NCBI GenBank assembly: GCA_038245905.1
Contig: JBBRRY010000024.1
Location: forward strand, 1 to 61,060
From: Thermoanaerobaculia bacterium
GTDB taxonomy: Bacteria; Acidobacteriota; Thermoanaerobaculia; UBA5066
DNA: 61,060 bases
Reading direction: 5' to 3'
The notes beneath the pieces were generated by a model, which had not been told where the DNA came from, made no database searches, and saw only the letters and a list, made by a program, of their open reading frames with translations. The translations under genes were made by a program, and so were the position numbers. Each line of letters opens with the position of its first letter. Position 1 is the first letter of the stretch. Positions 44,320-53,019 of the stretch are shown one piece after another.

Positions 44320-46995
44320 ATGAGTCTGTCTCCCGGCACCCGACTGGGTCCGTACGAGGTCCTTGCCCCGCTCGGCGCGGGAGGGATGGGCGAGGTTTAC
44401 CGGGCCCGCGATGCGCGGCTCGAGCGCGACGTCGCGCTGAAGGTCCTGCCAGATTCGACCCTCGGCGACGAAGTCGCCCGGGCGCGCCTTCTGCGAGAGG
44501 CGCGCATGGCTTCGAAGCTGAACCATCCGCACATCTGCACGATTCACGAGGTCGGCGACGTCGACGGTCAGGTCTTCATCGCGATGGAGCTCGTGGAGGG
44601 CCGCACGCTGAGCGACCGGCTGGCCGCCCAGGCCCTTCCGTACGACGAGGTGCTCCGCTACGGCCAGCAGCTGGCCGACGCGCTCGCTCACGCCCACGAG
44701 CACGGTGTCGTTCATCGCGACTTCAAGAGCGCCAATGTTGCCCTCACGCCGGAGGGGCGCGTCAAGGTGCTCGATTTCGGGCTGGCGGAAAATGCCAGCA
44801 AGAGAGAGCTTGCCGAGGCGACAACAGCTTCCGGGGCTGCGCTGACCGAGACCGGAACGATGGCCGGGACGCCGGCCTACATGGCGCCCGAACAGCTGCA
44901 AGGTCAGCCGGCCGACGCGCGGAGCGACGTCTGGGCTCTCGGCGTCGTCCTCTACGAGATGGCGACGGGGCGGCGCCCGTTTCGGGGGAGCACGGGCCTC
45001 GAGCTGGCGTCTGCGATCCTCAGCCAGCCGCCGGTACCCCTTCCGTCTGGCGTGCCGGCTTCGCTCGCCGCCGTGATCGAGCGCTGCCTCGCCAAGGAGC
45101 CCGCGGCGCGTTATCAGCGCGGGAGCGAGGTGAGGGCGGCCCTGGAGAGCATTCAGTCGGGCCGGACACCTTCGCCGTGGTCCGCCCTGAAGGTCACGGC
45201 GAGACGGCGCCCCTGGGCGGCACTTGGCGTCGGCCTCGTGGCAATCGGCGCCGCCGTCCTTCTGGCCGTCCTCGCTCTGTCCTTCGCCCGGCGTCGCCAG
45301 GTCGCAGGGATGGACGCGTCGGCCGCGCAGGCGCGACCGCCGGTGCGCATCGTCGTCCTCCCGTTCGACAACCTCGGCGGCCCGGAGGACGGCTACTTCG
45401 CTGCCGGCATCACCGAAGAGATCACGAGCCGGCTGGCGAGCGTCCGCAGCCTCGCGGTCATCTCGCGTACAACCGCCACGCAATACGACCGCCGCGGAAA
45501 GACGGTCGAACAGATCGGCAAGGACCTCGGCGTGGGCTACGTCCTCGAGGGCTCGGTCCGGTGGGACAAGAGCGGCAGCGGGCCCGGGCGGGTGCGGATC
45601 ACGCCCCAGCTCATCCGGGTAGCCGACGACACGCATCTCTGGTCCGACCGCTACGACCGGTTGCTCGCGGACATCTTCGCGATTCAGGGCGACGTCGCGG
45701 ACGGCGTCGTAAGAGCGCTCAACGTCACGCTTGCGCCCGCAGAATCGACTGCCGTGCGTCGCGTGCCCACGCGCGATCTCGAGGCCTATGACCTCTATCT
45801 GCGGGCCCTCGAGCTCGAAAACCGGAATCTTCAACCCTTGGACATCGCCGAGCAGATCAGGCTTACCGAACGTGCGGTCGCCCGCGATCCTGAGTTCGCC
45901 GAAGCAATTGCCCTACTCGCAAGGGCACGAACCTCCAATTACTGGCTTTTCTACGACCGGAGCGAATCCGAGCTCGAGCGTGGAAGAGTCGAAGCGGAGC
46001 GTGCGGTCGCCCTGCGCCCCGATTCCGCGGAAGCGCACGTGGCCCTCGGCTTCTACTACTATCAAGCACGCCTCGATTACGAAAGAGCCCTCGCCGAGTT
46101 TGGCAAGGCCCTTGAGCTGCAGCCGAACGAACCCAGCGTTCATGCGGCGATTGGTTATGTCACGAGGCGCCAGGGAAGACCGGAGGAGGCGGAAGCTCAT
46201 CTTCAAACAGCGGTCGGTGGCGACCCGAGGAACGGCACGCTCTTCTATGGCCTCGGCGAAACGCAACTTCTGCTTCGCCACTATCCGGACGCAATCGAGA
46301 ACCTCGGCGTGTCGACATCGATCAACCCGGACCAGGCCGCCGGGTACACCCTCTGGGCCTGGGCTTACGTACTCTGGCATGGAGACGTTGCTGCCGCCGA
46401 GCGCGTCCTGCAGTCCGCGGCTGGAATTCCTGACCTGGACGACCCAGCCGGGTCGTCAGATTACTTTGTTTTTCGCCTTTCCCTCATCGCACGCGACTGG
46501 AAGCAAGCTCTTCACCGCATCGGCAGGCGTCAGCGAGAACTACATACCCAGTTTCTCCCAACCTCGCTCCTGCGTGCTGAGGTCCAGTCGTACATGGGTC
46601 GCGGGGATCTGGCTCGGGCGTCGTACGAGGACGGCCGCCGCATTCTGGTGGCGAGGATTGCCGAGGCACCTGAGGACGCGCGACTGCATTCCTCGCTCGG
46701 CATCGCTCTGGCCGGCCTCGGCCGGACGACCGAGGCGGTGAGAGAAGGTGGGCGCGGCGTCGAGCTGATGGGACCGTCTCGCGATGCGTTTCGGGGGCCT
46801 TTCCGGATGGAGGATCTCGCGCTCATCTATGCGATGGTCGGGAATCAGGACGCCGCCATCCAGCAGCTCGACAGGCTGCTCTCCGGCCCCTCGTGGATCT
46901 CGGTACCGCTTCTTCGTCTCGACCCGCGCTGGGATCCGCTGCGCAGGAACCCGAAGTTCGACGCGCTGCTGGCGAAGTACACCATCAAGGAGTGA
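44320..46995 (+). CDS. Ser/Thr protein kinase K7 (kinase - TM - TolB-N-like domain - TPR repeats)
   Basis: HRDFKSAN, DFG, YMAPEQ; IVVLPFDNL...YFAAGITEE...YVLEGSVR domain; TPRs; DPRWDPLR end motif. Confidence 0.92.
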   Translation: MSLSPGTRLGPYEVLAPLGAGGMGEVYRARDARLERDVALKVLPDSTLGDEVARARLLREARMASKLNHPHICTIHEVGDVDGQVFIAMELVEGRTLSDRLAAQALPYDEVLRYGQQLADALAHAHEHGVVHRDFKSANVALTPEGRVKVLDFGLAENASKRELAEATTASGAALTETGTMAGTPAYMAPEQLQGQPADARSDVWALGVVLYEMATGRRPFRGSTGLELASAILSQPPVPLPSGVPASLAAVIERCLAKEPAARYQRGSEVRAALESIQSGRTPSPWSALKVTARRRPWAALGVGLVAIGAAVLLAVLALSFARRRQVAGMDASAAQARPPVRIVVLPFDNLGGPEDGYFAAGITEEITSRLASVRSLAVISRTTATQYDRRGKTVEQIGKDLGVGYVLEGSVRWDKSGSGPGRVRITPQLIRVADDTHLWSDRYDRLLADIFAIQGDVADGVVRALNVTLAPAESTAVRRVPTRDLEAYDLYLRALELENRNLQPLDIAEQIRLTERAVARDPEFAEAIALLARARTSNYWLFYDRSESELERGRVEAERAVALRPDSAEAHVALGFYYYQARLDYERALAEFGKALELQPNEPSVHAAIGYVTRRQGRPEEAEAHLQTAVGGDPRNGTLFYGLGETQLLLRHYPDAIENLGVSTSINPDQAAGYTLWAWAYVLWHGDVAAAERVLQSAAGIPDLDDPAGSSDYFVFRLSLIARDWKQALHRIGRRQRELHTQFLPTSLLRAEVQSYMGRGDLARASYEDGRRILVARIAEAPEDARLHSSLGIALAGLGRTTEAVREGGRGVELMGPSRDAFRGPFRMEDLALIYAMVGNQDAAIQQLDRLLSGPSWISVPLLRLDPRWDPLRRNPKFDALLAKYTIKE

Positions 46996-47033
46996 CGCTT
47001 GACTCCGGCATCTGCCTCGGCCCATAGGGAATG
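46992..47033 (+). pseudogene. decayed 5' remnant of a further kinase gene
   Basis: GTG overlapping the K7 stop reads MTLDSGICLGP*GM, matching the family start M(T/S)LxxGTRLGPYEI. Confidence 0.65.
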
Positions 47034-47056
47034 AGCCCTTCGTTTATCCTCCGGCG

Positions 47057-49084
47057 GTGCTGTACCGCCTGGAAAACGTCCGCAAGAGCTTCGGGACGAA
47101 GGACGTCCTCGTGGACGCCACGTGGCAGCACGACCCGGGCCGGATCGTGGGCTTGGTCGGGCGGAACGGGGCGGGGAAGTCGACCGTCCTGAAAATCGTC
47201 CTGTCTCTCGTCGAGCCCGACGGCGGAAAGCTTTACGTTGCGGGGGGCACGACGTTCGCCTCCCTCGATCAGGCGGTCGAACCGGAAGGCGACGAGCCGC
47301 TCCGCACCTTCGTCGCGCGCGCGCAGGAGCCGCTTCTCGCCCTCGAGCGGACGATGCGGCGCCTCGAGGAAGAAATCGTCACGCACGGGGCCGATGGCGA
47401 TCGCGCGGCGCTCGACGCCCTCCTCGCGGAGCACGACGAGGTGCGCGAGCACTTCGAGCGGGCAGGCGGGTACGAGGCGGACTCGCGCATCGACCGTGTC
47501 CTGGACGGCGTCGGGCTCGCCCGTCCGTTGTGGGAGCGGCCCGTCGGCGAGCTTTCGGGCGGGCAGAAGCATCGCACCCAGATCGCGCGCCTCCTCCTGA
47601 CGGATGCGTCCGTCCTGCTCCTCGACGAACCCACGAACCATCTCGACGTCTCGGGAATCGAGTTTCTCGAGAGCTGGCTCGTGGAGCGCAAGTCAAGCGC
47701 CGGCCTCTCGGCGCTCGTCGTTTCGCACGACCGCCGCTTCCTCGACGCCGTGGCCGATCGCATTGTCGAGGTTGCCCACGGCCGCCTCGAGGACTACCCG
47801 GGCGACTACGCGACGTACCGGAAGCTGAAGGCCGAACGGGACCGGCTGCGGGCCAAGGAGGCCGAGAAGCAGCGGCAGATGATCGAGAAGACCGAGGATT
47901 TCATCCGCCGCAACATTGCGGGCCAGAAGACGAAGCAGGCTCAGGGGCGGCGAAAGATGCTTGCCCGGATCGAGCGCATCGAGGCGCCTCGCGAGGACGC
48001 GAACGACGTCTCGATCCGTTTCGAGGAGGCGCGCGTCTCAGGGGGCCGCGTCCTCGAAGCGAAAAAGATCGTTCCCGGATATCCCGAGACAGGCCCGCTG
48101 ACGGCGCCGGTGTCGTTCCTTCTGCGCCGCGGCGACCGGATGGCGCTCTGGGGGCCGAACGGCTGCGGCAAGACGACGCTCCTCAAGAACCTCGCGCGCG
48201 TTCTCCCGCCGCTCTCGGGCTCCGCCGTGCCGGGCGTCGGCGTCCTCGTCGGGTACTACGACCAGGAGATGGGCGACCTCGCGCCGAACGCGACGGCGCT
48301 CGACGTCGTGATGGACCTCGACCCGACGATGAAGGAGAACGACGCGCGGGACTTCCTCGCCCTCTTCGACTTTCGGGGCGACGAGGTGTTTCAGAAGATC
48401 GCGACGCTCTCCGGCGGTGAGAAGGGCCGCCTGTCGCTCGCGCGCATCGTCTTCGGAGGCGCGAACTTCCTGCTCCTCGACGAGCCCACGAATCATCTCG
48501 ACCTCGACGCGCGAGAGCAGCTCGAGGACGCCCTGGAAGCGTTCGAAGGCGCGATCGTCTTCGTGAGTCACGACCGCTGGTTCGTGGACCGCATCGCGAC
48601 GCAGATCCTCGAGATCGGCCAGGGGGGCGAGGTCGACGTGCACGACGGCAACTATTCAGATCTGCTTCGGAGGAAGAAGGAGAAAGAAGGGAAGAGAGAA
48701 GGAAAGAAGGAAGAAGGGATTTCTTTGAATGGTGAAGAGGGCCGCGGCGCGCCCCGTGCCGCCGGTGCGCGACCCGCCACCGGATCCCCGCCCTCTTCCC
48801 CTTCTAAGAAATCTTCCTCTTCCTCTCCCGACCGCGCCGCCGACAGGCGGCGCGCGAAGAACAAGAAACTTCTCTCTGATCTCGAGGAGGCGATTTCGGG
48901 GCTCGAAGGCGAGATTCAGACGCTCGATCTTTCGCTTTCCAACCCGGACGTCTATCGCGACGGCGAGAAGGCGCGGCACGTGACCGCGGCGCGCGAGAAT
49001 GCGCGCCGCACGCTCGAGGCGAAGATGTGGGAGTGGGAAGAGACGTCGCGGAAGATCCAGGTGGGCGACGCGGTGACGGCGTGA
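47057..49084 (+). CDS. ABC-F family ATPase (Uup/YdiF-like)
   Basis: Two ABC domains (GRNGAGKS, LSGGQK, LLDEPTNHLD; GPNGCGKT, LSGGEK), no TM, C-terminal coiled coil. Confidence 0.93.
   Translation: MLYRLENVRKSFGTKDVLVDATWQHDPGRIVGLVGRNGAGKSTVLKIVLSLVEPDGGKLYVAGGTTFASLDQAVEPEGDEPLRTFVARAQEPLLALERTMRRLEEEIVTHGADGDRAALDALLAEHDEVREHFERAGGYEADSRIDRVLDGVGLARPLWERPVGELSGGQKHRTQIARLLLTDASVLLLDEPTNHLDVSGIEFLESWLVERKSSAGLSALVVSHDRRFLDAVADRIVEVAHGRLEDYPGDYATYRKLKAERDRLRAKEAEKQRQMIEKTEDFIRRNIAGQKTKQAQGRRKMLARIERIEAPREDANDVSIRFEEARVSGGRVLEAKKIVPGYPETGPLTAPVSFLLRRGDRMALWGPNGCGKTTLLKNLARVLPPLSGSAVPGVGVLVGYYDQEMGDLAPNATALDVVMDLDPTMKENDARDFLALFDFRGDEVFQKIATLSGGEKGRLSLARIVFGGANFLLLDEPTNHLDLDAREQLEDALEAFEGAIVFVSHDRWFVDRIATQILEIGQGGEVDVHDGNYSDLLRRKKEKEGKREGKKEEGISLNGEEGRGAPRAAGARPATGSPPSSPSKKSSSSSPDRAADRRRAKNKKLLSDLEEAISGLEGEIQTLDLSLSNPDVYRDGEKARHVTAARENARRTLEAKMWEWEETSRKIQVGDAVTA
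48669..48829. repeat. inverted pair of TTCnAAGAA motifs with purine/pyrimidine tails inside the ABC-F gene
   Basis: Purine run + GATTTCTTTGAATGGTGAAGAGGG (to 48741), 49 bp GC-rich spacer, CCCTCTTCCCCTTCTAAGAAATCTTCCTCTTCCTCTCCC. Confidence 0.78.
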
Positions 49085-50361
49085 GCGTCGAGGCGCCTCC
49101 CGGCCCCCGGACGGCTTCAATCCTGGCGGTTGGAAGCGAGCTTCTCGGCACGACGCGCCTCGACACGAACTCGCTCTACCTGACCGGCCGCCTCGAAGCG
49201 CTCGGGATCGGGGTGCTGCGGAAGGCCTGTGTCGGAGACGGCTGGAACGACCTCCTCGCCGAAATTCCCCTCGCGCTCTCCCGCGCGCCGCTTCTCGTCG
49301 TGACGGGCGGCCTCGGGCCCACGGACGACGACCGCACGAAGGAAGCCGTCGCCCGGGTGCTCGGCCGCGCTCTCGTGCGCGACGAGGGAATTCTCCTTGG
49401 TCTCAAGGAGCGCTTTCGGCGCCGCGGGATCGACATGCCGAAGGTGAACGAAAAGCAGGCGGACGTGATCGAGGGGTCTGTCGTCCTCGCGAATCCGCGC
49501 GGATCGGCTCCGGGATTCCTCGTGACCGCGGGCGGCGGCACCGTCGTGCTGCTGCCCGGAGTCCCGCACGAGATGAAGGGGATGTGGGCGGAGGCGGTCG
49601 AGCCGCTGCTCGCGCGCGACGGAACGCCCGGGCTGCATCGGCGCACGCTCAAGGTCGCCGCGATGCCCGAGAGCCTCGTGGAGACGCTCGTCAAGCCCGT
49701 GTACGCGGCGTATCCCGAAGTGCCCTTCACGATCCTCGCCTCGCCGGGCGAGGTGCAGCTGCAGTTCGCCGCGCGGGGCTCGGCCGAAGAGGCGTCCCGC
49801 GTCCTCGATCGGATCGAATCCGACTTTCACAAGGCGCTCTCGGGAGAGATCTTCGGCCGCGACGACGATACGCTCGAAGGGGTCGTCGGCGATCTGCTTC
49901 GGAAGAAGAGCCAGACGCTCGCGCTCGCCGAGTCCTGCACGGGGGGGCAGCTCGCGGGCCGCGTGACGGACATTCCGGGCTCGTCGGACTATTTTCTCGG
50001 CGCGGCCGTCACGTACGCGAACACGGCGAAGGCGGACCTCGTGGGCGTCTCGGCCGGCACGCTCGAACGATACGGCGCCGTATCGGAGGAGACCGCGCGC
50101 GAGATGGCGCTGGGAGCACGGAAGAGGTTCGGCGCGACCGTCGGGCTCGCGACGACGGGCATCGCGGGCCCGGGAGGCGGCACGCCGGAGAAGCCCGTCG
50201 GAACGATCCACATCGCGCTCGACGCGGCGGACGGGACGCGGGTCCACAAGCGGCTCCTCCTGCCGGGCGAACGGGCGCTCGTCCGCCGCTGGACGACCTC
50301 GACCGCGCTCGGAATGCTGCGAAAGCATCTTCTCGGACTCGCGGACGGTGGGCGAAGGTGA
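49081..50361 (+). CDS. cinA: competence/damage-inducible protein A (MocF + PncC)
   Basis: VGSELL...DTNS, TGGLGPTDDDRT, LPGVPHEM, AESCTGG, GAVSEETA, TGIAGPGGG. Confidence 0.92.
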   Translation: MSVEAPPGPRTASILAVGSELLGTTRLDTNSLYLTGRLEALGIGVLRKACVGDGWNDLLAEIPLALSRAPLLVVTGGLGPTDDDRTKEAVARVLGRALVRDEGILLGLKERFRRRGIDMPKVNEKQADVIEGSVVLANPRGSAPGFLVTAGGGTVVLLPGVPHEMKGMWAEAVEPLLARDGTPGLHRRTLKVAAMPESLVETLVKPVYAAYPEVPFTILASPGEVQLQFAARGSAEEASRVLDRIESDFHKALSGEIFGRDDDTLEGVVGDLLRKKSQTLALAESCTGGQLAGRVTDIPGSSDYFLGAAVTYANTAKADLVGVSAGTLERYGAVSEETAREMALGARKRFGATVGLATTGIAGPGGGTPEKPVGTIHIALDAADGTRVHKRLLLPGERALVRRWTTSTALGMLRKHLLGLADGGRR

Positions 50362-50957
50362 CGCGTGAGATCGTCGCCCTCGTCGCGGCCTATCTGATCG
50401 GCTCGATCTCCTTCGCGATCGTCCTCGTGCGCGTCTTCCGGGGAGTGGACGTGAGAGGCGAGGGCTCGGGCAACGCGGGCGCTACGAACGTGCTCCGCAC
50501 CTCGGGGAAGGGGCTGGCCGTCCTCACGGCGCTCCTCGACGTCGGAAAGGGCGTCGTCGCGGTGCTCCTCATGCGGAGTCTCACGTACGACCCCCGCTGG
50601 TTGGGCGCGGCAGCCGTCGCGGTCATCCTCGGACACGTCTTTCCGATGTGGTTCGGATTCCGGGGCGGCAAGGGTGTCGCGCCGGCCATCGGCGGGTTTT
50701 TCGTTCTGAGCCCCCTCGCGGTGCTCACTGTCGTCGGCGTCTTCCTCACCGTCGTGGCGGTGACGCGCTTCGTATCTCTGGGCTCGATCACCGCGGCGTG
50801 CCTTCTCCCGCTCGCCATGAGGCTTCTTTTCGACGCGCCCGATGCGGAAGTCGTCGCGGCCTCGGTGACGACAATTCTTCTTCTCGTTTCTCATCGCGCG
50901 AACATCCGGCGGCTCCTGGACGGGACGGAGCGCCGGCTGGGACGGAGGGACCCGTGA
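50358..50957 (+). CDS. plsY: glycerol-3-phosphate acyltransferase
   Basis: YLIGSI, GSGNAGATNVLR, DVGKG, GHVFP, FRGGKGVA, HRANIRRL. Confidence 0.93.
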   Translation: MTREIVALVAAYLIGSISFAIVLVRVFRGVDVRGEGSGNAGATNVLRTSGKGLAVLTALLDVGKGVVAVLLMRSLTYDPRWLGAAAVAVILGHVFPMWFGFRGGKGVAPAIGGFFVLSPLAVLTVVGVFLTVVAVTRFVSLGSITAACLLPLAMRLLFDAPDAEVVAASVTTILLLVSHRANIRRLLDGTERRLGRRDP

Positions 50958-51952
50958 GTCGAATCGCCATCGTGGGCACCGGCGCATGGGGCACCGCTCT
51001 CGCCGTTCATGGCGCGAACGCGGGCCACGACGTGGCGCTCGTCGGCCGCCGCCCGGACGTCGTGGCGCGCCTCGCGGAGACACGCGTCCATCCGGCGCTC
51101 GCCGGGGCGCCACCGATTCCGCCGCGCGTGACGATCACGACGAACGCGCGGGAGGCGTTCGACGGAGCGTCCGCCGTTCTCTGGTCGGTTTCCGTACAGG
51201 CGACGGCCGGGGAGCTCGAAAGGCTCGCGTCCCTGCTTCCGGACGCGCCGCTCGTCGCGACGTCCAAAGGCCTCGAGATCGGCTCGCGACGGAGGACGAC
51301 CGAGATCATGTCGTTCGTCACGGGGAGGACGGCCGGACTCGCCGTCCTCTCCGGCCCGACGTTCGCGGCCGAGGTGGCGCGCGGCCTGCCCGCGGCAGCC
51401 GTCGTCGCGAGCGCGGATCCGGTCGTCGCGACCGCGCTCCAGGCGCTCCTGTCCTCGCCCACGCTCAGGCTCTATCGCTCGGCCGACGTCCTCGGAGTCG
51501 AGATCGCGGGTGCGGCGAAGAACGTCGTCGCGATCGCGGCCGGCCTCGTGGACGGCCTGCGCCTCGGGCACAACACCCGGGCGGCGCTCTTGACGCGCGC
51601 GCTGGCCGAGATCCGGCGGCTCGGGACGCGCCTTGGGGGGATTCCCGAGACCTTCTACGGCCTCGCGGGCGTCGGGGACCTCATCCTCACCGCCACCGGG
51701 GACCTCTCGCGCAACCGCCGCGTCGGTCTCGCACTGGCGTCCGGAAAGTCGCTCACCGAGGCGGTCGCCGCGCTGGGCGGCGAGGTCGCCGAGGGTGTCG
51801 CGACGTCGCCGGTGCTCCTCGAGCTCGCCGAAGAGTCGGGCGTCGAGATGCCGATTGCCGCGATGGTCGCGTCGATTCTCTCGGGCCGCACGACCCCGAC
51901 GGATGCCGTGCGAAATCTGATGACACGTGCGCTCAAGGAGGAGAAGGTCTGA
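50954..51952 (+). CDS. gpsA: NAD(P)H-dependent glycerol-3-phosphate dehydrogenase
   Basis: GTGAWGTAL, SKGLE, SGPTFA, KNVVAIA, GDLILT...SRN, VEMPI. Confidence 0.94.
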   Translation: MSRIAIVGTGAWGTALAVHGANAGHDVALVGRRPDVVARLAETRVHPALAGAPPIPPRVTITTNAREAFDGASAVLWSVSVQATAGELERLASLLPDAPLVATSKGLEIGSRRRTTEIMSFVTGRTAGLAVLSGPTFAAEVARGLPAAAVVASADPVVATALQALLSSPTLRLYRSADVLGVEIAGAAKNVVAIAAGLVDGLRLGHNTRAALLTRALAEIRRLGTRLGGIPETFYGLAGVGDLILTATGDLSRNRRVGLALASGKSLTEAVAALGGEVAEGVATSPVLLELAEESGVEMPIAAMVASILSGRTTPTDAVRNLMTRALKEEKV

Positions 51953-52986
51953 GCGAGAATGCGGCCTCCGTGACCGTGCGCGCGCCCGCCCCCGGCTCCA
52001 ACATCGTCGTGCCGCCCGGGCTCGGCCTGTCGTACGTCCGCGTGGACGAGGCGGGCGACGAACCTCTTCCGGAGAAGGGCCTCGTAGACATCGCCGTCCT
52101 CGACATGCACCACGGCTATGCGAACCTGGGGCACGCCTCGATCGTCGAGAGCCTCCTCAATTATGCGCACGACGCGCGCCAGAGGATCCCCGGGGCCCCG
52201 GCCGTCCGGGTCGTGAGCTACGACGTGCGTCTCGGACTCGCCATTCCGTCTTTTCCAGGGCGCTTTCCGATCGTCGTGGGTTCGGGCGGCCCGGGAGCCC
52301 TGGACCCGCGCGAAAACGACGGCGTCTCGACGAGCTCGCAGGGGGTCCTCGAGAATCCCGCCTGGGAGGCGCCGCTCTTCCGCTTCTTCGACGGGGTCCT
52401 CGCGAGCCCCTCCACGGCGATGCTCGGCATCTGTCATTCGTTTGGTGTCCTCGCGCGGTGGGCGGGCGTCGCCCGCGCGGCCTTGCGTGGGCCGGAGAGG
52501 GGCGGGAAGAGCGCGGGCATCGTGACGAACATCCTCACGGACGATGCGTGGGCGCACCCGTTTTTCGGCGACTACTTCGCCGAGAACGGGAGCCCGGACG
52601 TCAAGGTGCTCGACAGCCGCCTGTTCGACCTGCTGCCGACGGGAGCGGGAATCGCGCGGCCTCTCGGCTTCGACTGCGACGGGCAAGGAGCGGGGCCGGG
52701 GCCGGCCGTGACGATGTTCGAATTCGCGCGGATGGAGGACGGCACGCTGCCGCGCATCTGGGGCGTGAACCACCACCCGGAGATCGGCGACACCCTGCTC
52801 CAGCGCGAAAGGCTCGAGCGAGTCTGGGCGAACGGAGGCGTCTCTCCAGCCTGGTACCACGAGCGGCTCGGCGCTCTGGCCGCCTGGCACGTCTCGGCCG
52901 CGACGGAGCAGGGCCTTCAGCGCACGACGCGCTGGACTTTCGAGAAGCCTCTACGCCTGCATCTCGAACGGGCGCTCGAGAGTTGA
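51949..52986 (+). CDS. class I glutamine amidotransferase-like protein (start CTG 51949 or GTG 51970)
   Basis: SGGPG, LGICHSFG nucleophile elbow, HHPE His-x-Glu motif. Confidence 0.7.
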   Translation: MSENAASVTVRAPAPGSNIVVPPGLGLSYVRVDEAGDEPLPEKGLVDIAVLDMHHGYANLGHASIVESLLNYAHDARQRIPGAPAVRVVSYDVRLGLAIPSFPGRFPIVVGSGGPGALDPRENDGVSTSSQGVLENPAWEAPLFRFFDGVLASPSTAMLGICHSFGVLARWAGVARAALRGPERGGKSAGIVTNILTDDAWAHPFFGDYFAENGSPDVKVLDSRLFDLLPTGAGIARPLGFDCDGQGAGPGPAVTMFEFARMEDGTLPRIWGVNHHPEIGDTLLQRERLERVWANGGVSPAWYHERLGALAAWHVSAATEQGLQRTTRWTFEKPLRLHLERALES

Positions 52987-53019
52987 CGGCCCGGCTGGTC
53001 TCGGGGCGTCGTCCCCTCT

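Noticed and set aside
11311-46995. Diversity-generating retroelement or shufflon behind the kinase variation
   Set aside because: No reverse transcriptase, recombinase or adenine-specific TR/VR pair is visible in the window.
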